The position numbers were made by a program, and so were the translations under genes. This document shows positions 9,081-19,010 of a stretch of DNA of 64,000 bases, piece by piece. Below the pieces are notes generated by a model. It was not told where the DNA came from, ran no database searches, and worked only from the letters and a program-made list of their open reading frames with translations. Origin of the DNA: Clostridiales bacterium (lineage in GTDB: Bacteria; Bacillota; Clostridia; Oscillospirales; Butyricicoccaceae); the NCBI GenBank assembly GCA_004555915.1, contig SFJM01000006.1, forward strand, positions 16,483 to 80,482. Direction: 5' to 3'. Numbering within the stretch: the first letter of the stretch is position 1; the number at the start of each line of letters is the position of its first letter.

Positions 9081-9399
9081 TTCAAAACACCTCATTTTTC
9101 CTGATTTTTTTGTTTCCGATTGGATATGCCATATCATTGTTTCCAATTGGATATAATCATAGTATTGCTGCGGGAAATCCGTTCCATCTGCCCGGAGGAG
9201 CTATGGCAAAGCACCATCTTCCCCTCCCCTGATGGCATCCGAGGATAACCCTAGAAAAATTATACAGCATTTCCCTCCAAATTTGAAGGAAAATTTGTGA
9301 TTTTTACGAAATGTTTTTTTGTGATACATGAAGCATTGTCGGATATGATACAAAAAAACCGCTGATCGTTCAGATCAGCGGTTTGATGCTTTTGATTTG

Positions 9400-10626
9400 T
9401 TATTCCTCTTCCTGTTCCTCCGGAAGCAGGGCGTTTTTACAACGATCCAGAATACCTGCGAGCGATGCAAGAATCGTGCCATAATTGGCAATCGGTACAC
9501 CGGCTTCCTTACAGATCGCCACATGTGCCCGTACCGACCGTACCGACATCGTAGCGTCGGTATCATGAATGACCAGATCATACTGATTCAGGTTATCCGG
9601 CAGGTCCAGACCGAAGGAGTAATCAATCTGCAGCTCCTCGCCGAGCAGCCTGCGCATGGCACGCGGAATCTTAATGCGGCCGATTTCCTTATATATCTCG
9701 CTCTTCCTGTCGCCTACCGCAATCAGGACATGGCTGTCCTTGGTCAGATTGCCGATGGCATGTGCGCCCTCAATAAAGTCCTCCAGCACGCCGCCCTGCA
9801 GGCCATACAGCAGGGAATACGAGGTCAGCGGAATATCCTCCGGCACGATATCCCGTACCTTGCCGAATGACCGGGCATAGGCAACCACCAGGTCAATCCG
9901 CGGAACTTCCTTCAGGGTTACCTCCAGGTCATCTTCATTAATAATGACGCAGCGTGCGCCCCGGCGCATCAGCTCCATCAGGATTTCATATTCATGAATC
10001 AGGCCGGACTCCGGCACCAGCATCAGGACATAATCCCCTGCCTGAATGAGATTTTCCGGTACCAGCGGGTTTTCCTTTTCCTTCAGGATCCGAACCATCT
10101 GGGACAGCCGGGTGCGCAGCAGGGATACCGAGCCCGGTGTATGGGTGGAAATAAAAATTGCATCCGGGAACTCCAGTTTCAGCTTGGCAATATCTCCCGC
10201 ATATGCCTCGTCACAATGGTTGAATACCTGCAGATACGGCACCATGTTCCGCCGCATCCATGCATCCGCACGCTGCAGGGCATCCCGCGCATCGCGGTCA
10301 AATTCCTGCACGTTAATCACATACAATGCGATATCCGCACGGCGGATGATATTCCGGGTGCGCTGTGCCTGTTCACTGCCCAGCTCATTCACATCATCCA
10401 GTCCCGCGGTATCAATCACGGTTACTTCCCCCGCGTAGCCAAGCCGGCATCGTCCCACAACCGGATTATACTTGGACCCGGATGCGCCAACCTTGACCTC
10501 TGCCTCAAACCGGTCTTCTCCTACCAGCTGATCGAAAATACTTGTTTTTCCGCTGCCAGTGCGGCCAAATAATACAATATGTCGGTTATTGCCGCTCATA
10601 ATAGTCGGTAAAATACTATGACTCAT
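9400..10626 (-). CDS. HydF-like GTPase with degenerate Fe-S site
   Basis: GRTGSGKTS, DTAG, IGRIKIPR, YDLVIH and GVPIANYG match the HydF scaffold; the CxH..HCxxC motif is absent. Confidence 0.8.
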   Translation of the reverse strand: MSHSILPTIMSGNNRHIVLFGRTGSGKTSIFDQLVGEDRFEAEVKVGASGSKYNPVVGRCRLGYAGEVTVIDTAGLDDVNELGSEQAQRTRNIIRRADIALYVINVQEFDRDARDALQRADAWMRRNMVPYLQVFNHCDEAYAGDIAKLKLEFPDAIFISTHTPGSVSLLRTRLSQMVRILKEKENPLVPENLIQAGDYVLMLVPESGLIHEYEILMELMRRGARCVIINEDDLEVTLKEVPRIDLVVAYARSFGKVRDIVPEDIPLTSYSLLYGLQGGVLEDFIEGAHAIGNLTKDSHVLIAVGDRKSEIYKEIGRIKIPRAMRRLLGEELQIDYSFGLDLPDNLNQYDLVIHDTDATMSVRSVRAHVAICKEAGVPIANYGTILASLAGILDRCKNALLPEEQEEE

Positions 10627-10924
10627 GACTGCTGCCCTTCCCTCCTGCAGGATTGGCATTCCATCTGCCTGCACCATATCTATGCTGCTGCGGCGCAATT
10701 GCCTTCCACTGCCCGGAAAGGAAACCTCCTTTTGAAACCTGTTTTTCTGCTGTCAAAAAAGTGCAAATTTCTCTCTTTTCAGATATGTCTGAATTCCCTA
10801 TCATTATAACACGAAAAACAGAAAAGTACAGCGGGCAAACGGGGTTTTTCCACAAAAATACCGGTTACCTTTTGGAGCCTTTACCACAGAAGGAGGAGCG
10901 GCCTGATGCCCCGGGGGCAGAGAA

Positions 10925-11788
10925 TTACCAGCGGGCTTCCTTCTCCTCATAGACAAGGGCAATGCCGCCCGGGCCCACATAGGTTCCGATGACAGCGCCG
11001 ATTTCCACCGTGGTAATTTCAATATTACTGATATGGGTCTGCAGCATATGGGAAATGGTTTTCACGCGATCCGGCGCACAGGAGGAAATCACCGTCACAT
11101 GGTGCAGGTCAACGGCGTTTTCCAAAAAGCCGTCCACCAGCTTCCTGATTCCGGTCTGCATGCCCCGCACCTTGTCCACGTTCGTTGCTTCGCCTTCCCA
11201 GACAGTCAGCAACGGCTTGATCCCCATGAGCTTGCCAGCCAGCGCGGTTACTTTACCGATGCGTCCGCCCTTGCGCAGGTATTCCAGGCTGTCGATAATG
11301 AAATAAATGGCCAGATGGTTCTGGAGATACAACAGCCGGGTCAGAATTTCCTGTGCGTTTTTTCCTTCCTTTACCATGCGGACAGCCTCCAGCGCAAACG
11401 CTGCCACCGCAGCAGATGCCGTCTGGGAATCCACCAGATGGATATGCGGGCGGAAGCCCTCCTCACGGATCATCCGGCGCGCCATCCCGGCGCCATTGAT
11501 GGTACCGGACAGTTTGGAGGATACGGTGATTACAATAATATCGTCATAGTCCTCATACTGGCGGAACGCATCCATCCATGCCTCCAGTGTCGGCTGGCTG
11601 GTTTTCGGCAGCTGTCTGCTGGCAGCCAGCTTTTTGAAAAATTCCTCACTGGTCAGGTCAACGCCGTCACGGTAAACCGTGCCGTCCTCAAAGGTCACAT
11701 TCAGCGGAACAACAGAAAATCCGGCTTTTTTTGCACGTTCTGGTGTGAAATCACAGCTGGAATCCGTAATAACAGCAATTTTATTCAT
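10925..11788 (-). CDS. DegV/FakB fatty-acid-binding protein
   Basis: ITDSSCD, PKTSQP, SSKLSGT, LRKGGRIG, IGTYVGPG. Confidence 0.95.
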   Translation of the reverse strand: MNKIAVITDSSCDFTPERAKKAGFSVVPLNVTFEDGTVYRDGVDLTSEEFFKKLAASRQLPKTSQPTLEAWMDAFRQYEDYDDIIVITVSSKLSGTINGAGMARRMIREEGFRPHIHLVDSQTASAAVAAFALEAVRMVKEGKNAQEILTRLLYLQNHLAIYFIIDSLEYLRKGGRIGKVTALAGKLMGIKPLLTVWEGEATNVDKVRGMQTGIRKLVDGFLENAVDLHHVTVISSCAPDRVKTISHMLQTHISNIEITTVEIGAVIGTYVGPGGIALVYEEKEARW

Positions 11789-11800
11789 GATACTCTACTC

Positions 11801-12241
11801 CTATCGTTCATACGTGCTCAGAAATTCCCCAAGCTTTTCCAACGCACGGGACAAGGCCTTCTGCTCCTCCTCGCTCATCCCGGCCAGTGCCGCATCAATC
11901 AGATCATGATGGAATTTCTCATGGTACTGCCATGCCGCCTGTCCCTTCGCGGTCAGCGAAACCATAACCACACGCCGGTCCTTTTCCGCCCGTGTGCGTT
12001 CAATCAGATCCTTTTTCTGCATGCGGTCACAGGCTACTGTCAGCGTCGCCAGCGTCACATCCAGTGCCCGGGCAATATCCGTCATCCGGCTGCTGCCGGC
12101 CTCTCCGATCTTCTCCATGATATGCATTTCCGTGATGGAAACATCATCATTCAGCCCGGTTGCCAGCGCACGCTGCTCCAGCTTATTGATCTGTCCGAAA
12201 ATGTCGACCAGAAATGTGTTCACCTGCTGATGAACTGTCAT
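11801..12241 (-). CDS. MarR-family regulator (FabT-like)
   Basis: SITEMHIMEKIG..DRRVVMVSLTAKG; adjacent to degV. Confidence 0.85.
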   Translation of the reverse strand: MTVHQQVNTFLVDIFGQINKLEQRALATGLNDDVSITEMHIMEKIGEAGSSRMTDIARALDVTLATLTVACDRMQKKDLIERTRAEKDRRVVMVSLTAKGQAAWQYHEKFHHDLIDAALAGMSEEEQKALSRALEKLGEFLSTYER

Positions 12242-12412
12242 CCGTCCACCTCCCTGAATGTTTTTATTGTCTAACTAACTATATGATGTAGTGTATCACA
12301 TCTCCTGTGGAACAGCAAGCAGATTCCCGCAGGTTTTTCAAGAATTTCTTTCCGGGTATGCAAAAACCTCCGTATCCGGATTGTGGATACAGAGGTTTCC
12401 TTGCTTATCTCG

Positions 12413-13717
12413 TTATTCGGGTTTCGGTTCCCTGTTTTTGCCGTGCTCCCCGTCACGTCCCCGGCGGCGCGGATTGCGGCGTTTGGGCTGGCGGTGGGCA
12501 TCCATAAACTCACCCTCTGCCGGCTTATTTTCTCGTGGTTCCCGACGCTTTTCCGATTTTTCCGGCTTTTCCGCATTGTTTTTGCGGTCACGGTGCGGAC
12601 GGCGTTCCCGGCGTTTTTCCGGCTTTTCGGCTTTTTCGGCTTTTTCGTTTTTTTCCTTATGCTGCTTTTCGCCGCGGTTTTCCTTCTGCCCGTCTTCTCC
12701 ATTGCTGGCGCGGCGCCGCCTGCGCGGACGGTCATTCCGTTTGCGTTTTTCCTCCTCCGGTGCCGGCTTTTCCTCCTGGGTCTCCGGCTCCTGCTTCGGT
12801 TCCGGTTCATCCCGGAATATCGGCATTGACGGCTCCTCCGGCTTTTCCTCCAGAGGCTTTGCGGGTACCGTTACCGCGGGTTTTGCCGGTGTACGGCGTG
12901 GCCTGCGTCCTGCCTGCAGTACCTGGCAGTCCGCACAGCGATAGGTGCGCGGTGTATCCGGGTCATCCTCCAGCTGTACCACGCAGGTGCCCCGCAGCAT
13001 GGAGGTGCTGATAACAACGCCCACACCATCCGGGGTCTGTACCGTGGATTCCAACCGCGGGGTCACCCGGCTCAGCTCCTCATATGCCTCCTGCTCATAT
13101 TTCAGGCAGCACATCAATCTGCCGCAGGTGCCGGAGATTTTGGTCGGGTTGAGGGACAGGTTCTGCTGCTTTGCCATGTTGATGGACACCGGCTGGAAAT
13201 CATCCAGAAACGACGCGCAGCACAGCGGCCTGCCGCAGATGCCCAGTCCGCCCAGTACCTTTGCCTCATCGCGCACGCCGATCTGCCGCAGCTCAATGCG
13301 GGTACGGAATACCGAAGCCAGATCCTTGACCAGTTCACGGAAATCCACACGGCCATCCGCGGTGAAGTAAAACAGTACCTTGTTCAGGTCAAACGTATAT
13401 TCTACCGAAACCAGCTTCATATCCAGCTGGTGCTCAGCAATTTTCTGTTCACAGATATGAAACGCTTCCTTTGCGCGTTTCTGGTTGGTCTCCACAACCT
13501 TCGCATCGGAATTGGTTGCCACACGAATCAGCTTTTTCAGCGGCTTGACCACTTCCCCTTCGGCGACATCCCGGTTTGCCAGCGCTACCTCGCCATATTC
13601 CACGCCCCGTGCGGTTTCCACAATAACATGCTGGCCAATTTCGGTCTGTATGCCGCAGGGGTCAAAATAATATACTTTTCCGACTTTTTTAAATCGGACT
13701 CCAATAATCTGAGCCAA
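12413..13717 (-). CDS. yaaT: PSP1/YaaT (RicT) protein with long charged C-terminal tail
   Basis: RVDFRELVKDLA, CGRPLCC, CGRLMCCLKYE; follows holB. Confidence 0.92.
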   Translation of the reverse strand: MAQIIGVRFKKVGKVYYFDPCGIQTEIGQHVIVETARGVEYGEVALANRDVAEGEVVKPLKKLIRVATNSDAKVVETNQKRAKEAFHICEQKIAEHQLDMKLVSVEYTFDLNKVLFYFTADGRVDFRELVKDLASVFRTRIELRQIGVRDEAKVLGGLGICGRPLCCASFLDDFQPVSINMAKQQNLSLNPTKISGTCGRLMCCLKYEQEAYEELSRVTPRLESTVQTPDGVGVVISTSMLRGTCVVQLEDDPDTPRTYRCADCQVLQAGRRPRRTPAKPAVTVPAKPLEEKPEEPSMPIFRDEPEPKQEPETQEEKPAPEEEKRKRNDRPRRRRRASNGEDGQKENRGEKQHKEKNEKAEKAEKPEKRRERRPHRDRKNNAEKPEKSEKRREPRENKPAEGEFMDAHRQPKRRNPRRRGRDGEHGKNREPKPE

Positions 13718-13785
13718 AATGGTTCCTCCTGTTTATCGAGAGAATAAAACGCCTGCCGATGTGAAACCGGAGGTTTTATTTTCTG

Positions 13786-14766
13786 TCATAAAATCCGTTC
13801 ATAGCAGCCCGCCGCAAGGCAGCCTGTCAGCAGCGCCATACCCGGATTGCGTTCAATGCGCCCATCCAGTTCATCCATCCAGTCATACAGCGCAAGCAGC
13901 TGCCGCACCGACAGCTTTCGTGCCAGCGGTTCGGACTGTGCCCACAGGGCAGGCGATAACGGCGTGTTCATGCCGTTTGCCGCAAGGACAGCATCCCGGA
14001 TGCCGGTCTGCATGGCAGCCAGCACGTTGGAAAACTGCTGGCGTGACAGCTCGGCACATCGGTTTGCCGCCCGGAAAAGTTCCAGCTCATCCCGTGTTCC
14101 CAGCGCCTGTAAAAACCAGCCTGCGTACTCCGCCGTCCCGCCGGTGTCCTCCGACAGGGCCTGGATAGCATCCCCCGCAATGCCCTGGCAGGCAGCAGCG
14201 GCAGCCTGTAACTGCTCCCGGTCTGTATCGGGATAGTGCTGCCGCAGCAGCTGCACCACCTCTGCCTGCTCCAGCGGAGCCAGGGAAAACCGGGTGCAGC
14301 GGGATAAAATCGTCGGCAGAATTGCGCCGGCATTTTCCGTCATCAGGATGAAAAACGCATAGGAAGGCGGTTCCTCCAGCAGCTTGAGCAGCGCATTCTG
14401 GGCGGATGCATTCATATTCTGTGCGTGACGGATGAGAAATACCCGCCGGTCGCCATCTCCGGGCAAAACCGCGCAGGCCGCACGGATGGAACGGGCGGTA
14501 TCCACCTTGATTTCCGCATCTCCCGCGTCAATCACGGTGACATCCGAGTGCAGGTTGCCGTCCACCTTCCGACAGGCGGTACAGGTACCGCAGGGCTTGC
14601 TCCCTGTGCTCTGGCACAGCAGTGCCGCGGTGAGAATCCGTGCCGTGGTCAGCTTTCCGATTCCCGCCGGGCCGGTCAGCAGGATGGACTGGGGGAACCG
14701 TCCCTCCAGCGCATGCCGCAATGCCTGTTTTAAGCTGTCATTGCCCCGCAGGTGTTCAAACGTCAT
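13786..14766 (-). CDS. holB: DNA polymerase III delta' subunit
   Basis: GPAGIGK, CGTCTAC zinc motif, QNALLKLLEEPP, TILSRC. Confidence 0.93.
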   Translation of the reverse strand: MTFEHLRGNDSLKQALRHALEGRFPQSILLTGPAGIGKLTTARILTAALLCQSTGSKPCGTCTACRKVDGNLHSDVTVIDAGDAEIKVDTARSIRAACAVLPGDGDRRVFLIRHAQNMNASAQNALLKLLEEPPSYAFFILMTENAGAILPTILSRCTRFSLAPLEQAEVVQLLRQHYPDTDREQLQAAAAACQGIAGDAIQALSEDTGGTAEYAGWFLQALGTRDELELFRAANRCAELSRQQFSNVLAAMQTGIRDAVLAANGMNTPLSPALWAQSEPLARKLSVRQLLALYDWMDELDGRIERNPGMALLTGCLAAGCYERIL

Positions 14767-16151
14767 CCGTGGTTGTCCTGCCTTTCCGCATCAGCTTCCT
14801 CCATCACGCAGATGGGTTCCTTATCAGTATACCATCCGGCACGCAGAAATTCAATGTGAACTTGCCGAATCCGCTCCCCGGGATACAGCAGCGGTACACC
14901 GGGCGGATAGGGGGTAACCGGTCTGGCGCAGACCCGTCCCGCCGCCTGTGCCAGCGGGATTTCCGTCTTTTTGGAAAACCATGCCTGCCGCAGGGAGCAC
15001 ACGCGCTCGGGTGCCGGAAACGGCAGCAAGGGCTTATATGGCACGTCTTTGCCGGTAAACTGTCCATCCCGCAGCGCCCCCATGAGCCGGGCATAATCCC
15101 GTTCGGTATCCGCACCGGTACAGATGAATACCACATGATCCTGATCCGCCATTTCCACATCAATACCGAACGATTCATGCAGGATGGCGTTCAGCTGGTG
15201 CCCGGTCACATTGGTGCCCCGGCAGCAGACAGTCAGACGGCAGGGATCCAGCGGTGCAGCGGTTTCCGTCAGGGCGGAAAATACCGTTGTCCGGTCAATC
15301 TCCCGCCGCAGGGCGGCAACCCGCCGGGCACAGGCGGCATAGGCCGCTGCTCCGTCTCCTTCCAGCCAGGAACGGGCAAGGTCAATGGAAGCCAGCAGCA
15401 GATAGGATGGGCTGGAGGTGCCGAACATCGGTGCAGTCTCCAGCAGGGTTTCCCAGGAGATACGCCCGGAGGACAGCAGAATGGCGCTCTGTCCCAGTGC
15501 CGGCAGCGTCTTATGGGTGCTCACCGCCGCCAGGTCGGCGCCTTCCTCGATGGGGGACTTCCGTCCGACCGCCTTCAGATGAGCACCGTGGGCAGCATCC
15601 ACCAGCAGCGGAATCCCATGACTGTGGCATATATCTGCCAATGCGGGAATATCCTGCATCACACCGTAATAATTCGGGCTGGTGACCAGCACGGCGGAGG
15701 CTTGCGGGGTCTGTTTCAGTACGTTTTCCACAGCCTGTGCAGCGAGCAGCCCCGGCAGGCCGGTGTCATCCAGCGGCTCCGGCACCACGAATACCGGTGT
15801 CAGATCCAGCAGCGCCATGGCATGGGTGGCGGATTTATGGCAGTTGCGGTCAATGACCAGCGTGCCTCCTGCCGGTACGGCAGCCGCGATGGCAGTCATC
15901 AGCGCCTGGGTGGAGCCGCCGGTCAGAAACAGGCAGTCCTGTGCGCCGTAATACCGCGCCGCTGCCTGTTCCGCAGACAGGATGGGTTCATCCCCCTCAT
16001 ATAAATTGCCGGTTCCCTCGATTTCGGTATAATCAATGGCAAAGGGATGGTTCAGCTCCGGCAAAACCGGACGTCCCTTGTGTCCGGGCATATGAAAACG
16101 GGCGGCTTTGCGAGCCGCCTGTTTTTTTAACTGTTGGTATAAGCTAGACAT
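14763..16151 (-). CDS. PLP-dependent Arg/Lys/Orn decarboxylase (YaaO-like)
   Basis: FHMPGHK, DRNCHKS, DAAHG, STHKTL, PYPPG. Confidence 0.9.
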   Translation of the reverse strand: MSSLYQQLKKQAARKAARFHMPGHKGRPVLPELNHPFAIDYTEIEGTGNLYEGDEPILSAEQAAARYYGAQDCLFLTGGSTQALMTAIAAAVPAGGTLVIDRNCHKSATHAMALLDLTPVFVVPEPLDDTGLPGLLAAQAVENVLKQTPQASAVLVTSPNYYGVMQDIPALADICHSHGIPLLVDAAHGAHLKAVGRKSPIEEGADLAAVSTHKTLPALGQSAILLSSGRISWETLLETAPMFGTSSPSYLLLASIDLARSWLEGDGAAAYAACARRVAALRREIDRTTVFSALTETAAPLDPCRLTVCCRGTNVTGHQLNAILHESFGIDVEMADQDHVVFICTGADTERDYARLMGALRDGQFTGKDVPYKPLLPFPAPERVCSLRQAWFSKKTEIPLAQAAGRVCARPVTPYPPGVPLLYPGERIRQVHIEFLRAGWYTDKEPICVMEEADAERQDNHG

Positions 16152-17235
16152 ATTCCTTGGGTACCAGCGGGCTGAGGTACAAGGGATTGACATCCAGAAT
16201 GGCAGTGTCCCCATTGTGTACATCCAGTCCGGTCACATCACAGGAAACATGGCACAGGCCCACATGTCCCATCACCCGGGCGCGCTGTCCGTTGATGGTA
16301 ATGTAAATATCGCCTTTGCCTCTTCCGTTTTTGATTTCGGCTAAAATATAGCGCAGCACATCCCGGGAGCGGTACAAATCCTTTTTCTTTTCCACGGAAA
16401 AACCGTCGGTATAGCCCACCGGCACCACCGCCACACGGGTGGTATCCTTTGCCACATAGCCTGCGCCATAGCCAAAGGTATGCCCCTTGGGAACGGTACG
16501 CAGTTCAATGACCCGGCTTTCCAGATAGCCGATACGGGACAGTCCGGTGGAGGTCTTTGCCGGAATGCGTCCGGTAAAGGCGGAGCCCACACGCACCGCA
16601 TCCAGCATCATGTCCTCATAGCAGAACACACCGGAGGAATTGGCCGCATGGCGCATGCCGCAGTCAATGCCATCCGCTTTCAGCCGCTGGGTGATATCGC
16701 ACAACTGCTTGTACTGTGCCCGGGTTGCCGCCTCATTGGCAAAGGCGGAATGGAAATGGGTATAAATGCCGGTCGCATCAATGCCTTCATTGGCAGTATA
16801 TACCAGCTTCAGCTCCTCATACTGGTCCGGCAGGAAGCCATACCGGCCCATGCCGGTATCCAGCTTCACATGGGCACGGGCCTGCATGCCGCAGCCCTTT
16901 GCCACTTCGTTCAGGCAGTATGCCGCCTCCGGGGAACCAACGGTAGCGATGGCGTTTGCCTGTACCACCTCATAGGCCTCATCCGCCATGGCAGTGGAGC
17001 GCATGACCAGAATATCCTCCTCGGTGTAGCCCAACTCCCGCAGCCGGGTCGCATCCCCCGGCTCGGTGACGGCAAACATCCGGATGCCGGTCTCGCTGAG
17101 CACCTTTGCCATCTGCTCCATACCGAAGCCATAGCCGTCCGCCTTGAGTACGGCGATTACCGGCACACCGGCTTTTTCCTGAATCCGGCGGGAATTGGCC
17201 GCCAGCTTGTCTTTTTCTATGACGAATTTCTTCAT
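16144..17235 (-). CDS. alr: Alanine-racemase-family PLP enzyme
   Basis: AVLKADGYG catalytic Lys, KLDTGMGRYG, HAANS, FGYG; the usual GRVCMD motif reads GHVGLCH. Confidence 0.8.
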   Translation of the reverse strand: MKKFVIEKDKLAANSRRIQEKAGVPVIAVLKADGYGFGMEQMAKVLSETGIRMFAVTEPGDATRLRELGYTEEDILVMRSTAMADEAYEVVQANAIATVGSPEAAYCLNEVAKGCGMQARAHVKLDTGMGRYGFLPDQYEELKLVYTANEGIDATGIYTHFHSAFANEAATRAQYKQLCDITQRLKADGIDCGMRHAANSSGVFCYEDMMLDAVRVGSAFTGRIPAKTSTGLSRIGYLESRVIELRTVPKGHTFGYGAGYVAKDTTRVAVVPVGYTDGFSVEKKKDLYRSRDVLRYILAEIKNGRGKGDIYITINGQRARVMGHVGLCHVSCDVTGLDVHNGDTAILDVNPLYLSPLVPKEYV

Positions 17236-17249
17236 CCCGCTCGCGTCCT

Positions 17250-18479
17250 TTACTTCTGTTCCGGCTTTGCGTCAGCCTGTTTGTCTTCCTTCTGCTCGCC
17301 GCGGTGGTCGCCGGTCAGGTTCTTCGGCTTGGAGGTATCCAGTGCGGCATTTTTCTTCAGGAAGCGCTTGCGGCGCAGGTTGCGGTAAGTAGACTGTCCA
17401 TGGACAACGGCAAAATGTACCGGCTTGTTGAATACAAGGTCATATTCGCCCACGAACTGTACCAGATCGCCGTTGAAATCCTTCTTGAAGCGGTACAGTC
17501 CGTACAGCGGGTTGTCCGGGGTCAGGTCGCCGGAAACGCCGCGGAAGTCATAAATGCGGCACTTCTTCTCCAGCGCCCACTGGATCATCATCCACTGCAG
17601 CAGGTAGTTCGGCATCAGCTTCCGCACATCAAATTCCTTGGTGCCGTTTGCGGATGCGCCATACAGGTACCATACCTTGTCACCGTAGTAAATGGCAAGG
17701 GTGCCTGCAATCGGCTTGTCCTCATAGAACGCCATGTACAGCCGGGCATTTTCCCCCATGGCATCCAGCATCTTGTTAAAGTAGCTTGCCGGACGGGTGA
17801 CAAAGCCGTCACGCAGGCCGGTTTCCATCATCATCTTGGCGAAGAACGGCATCATTTCCTTGCCTACCAGCTTGATTTTGACACCACGCTTGATTGCCTT
17901 GCGTACCTTGGTACGGGTATCGGTCTTAAAGTGCATGATGGCATCCTCACCCTGGGTGTCCTCCACGGTGATGTCAAAGGCCTCCCCCGGCTCCGCGGTG
18001 AAAATCTTCTTGCTGTTCATTTCGGATACATCCAGACGGAATACGAAATTCGGCTGGATGCCCTCAAAGTTTTTGCCGTCGCCGGTGGCATTCTTAAAGC
18101 CCAGATGCTCCAGCTCCGCAATGAATTCCTTATCCTCAATGGACACATCCGGGTCAATTTTGAGCACGTAGGAATGGTACTTCTTTGCCAGCTGGCGGGC
18201 ACCGGCAATCAGCTGCTCCATGGTGGCACGGTCATGGGGGTCACAGACCGGGCCGCGGCAGCCGTACATCAGTGTCCAGGGCAGATGGGGCAGGTTGCGG
18301 ATGAGCACCGCAAGGGAACCGCAGACTTTGCCGTCCTCGCCCCGCACCATGATCGCTTCCCACTTCCAGTTGTCCTTCAGGTTTGCCCACTTCTTGGACT
18401 GTGCAAAATGGCCGAAGGGATGGCTTGCGTTAAATGCTTCATATTCAGCCAGTGTTTTGTCATTTACAAATTCAAACAT
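17250..18479 (-). CDS. FemABX/FemX-family lipid II peptidyltransferase
   Basis: HFAQSKKW, RGPV, LKIDP, WYLYGAS, YDFRG, GLYRFKKDF. Confidence 0.9.
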   Translation of the reverse strand: MFEFVNDKTLAEYEAFNASHPFGHFAQSKKWANLKDNWKWEAIMVRGEDGKVCGSLAVLIRNLPHLPWTLMYGCRGPVCDPHDRATMEQLIAGARQLAKKYHSYVLKIDPDVSIEDKEFIAELEHLGFKNATGDGKNFEGIQPNFVFRLDVSEMNSKKIFTAEPGEAFDITVEDTQGEDAIMHFKTDTRTKVRKAIKRGVKIKLVGKEMMPFFAKMMMETGLRDGFVTRPASYFNKMLDAMGENARLYMAFYEDKPIAGTLAIYYGDKVWYLYGASANGTKEFDVRKLMPNYLLQWMMIQWALEKKCRIYDFRGVSGDLTPDNPLYGLYRFKKDFNGDLVQFVGEYDLVFNKPVHFAVVHGQSTYRNLRRKRFLKKNAALDTSKPKNLTGDHRGEQKEDKQADAKPEQK

Positions 18480-18880
18480 GTCTATCCTCCTGCTTGAAAT
18501 CGAACAGATATGATATTTCTCTCTATTTCTTCTTATTATAACACCGGATTGCATGGCAGTCTATGTATGTTCCGGCATGTTTTTTAATTATATGCCTTTT
18601 TCCCGTCAGGAACAAGGTGCAATCAACTGTTTTTCTGTGGCTTCCGGCAGCCTGCAGGGTGCACATTGACGGAAATTTTGAAGATCGCCCCGGGAACAGC
18701 TTTCATTTTCCCTCCCCATTCTGTCCGCCTCGTGCCGGCCAGATCTGCATAATGCGCTGCAGAATCGTTGTTTTTTTCTTTTTCCCTGCAAGTCCCCCAG
18801 CCATCCCCTGCAAAAATAGACAAAAAAAGCTCCCTGTATTCCATAAAATACAGCAGACGGATGAAAACGCCCGGAGCATC

Positions 18881-18910
18881 TTGACAACGCCGCCCTGAAT
18901 GCGATTTAAT
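18881..18910 (+). promoter_or_regulatory. Sigma-A promoter for serC-serA
   Basis: TTGACA-18 nt-TTTAAT. Confidence 0.5.
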
Positions 18911-19010
18911 AGGGATATAACACATTTTAGTAATGTGAATCGCTAACAACGGGGGATTCCCGTACCTACACCGGTTTCCCCGCATACTTTGAAAGGCAGG
19001 TACTATTCTC

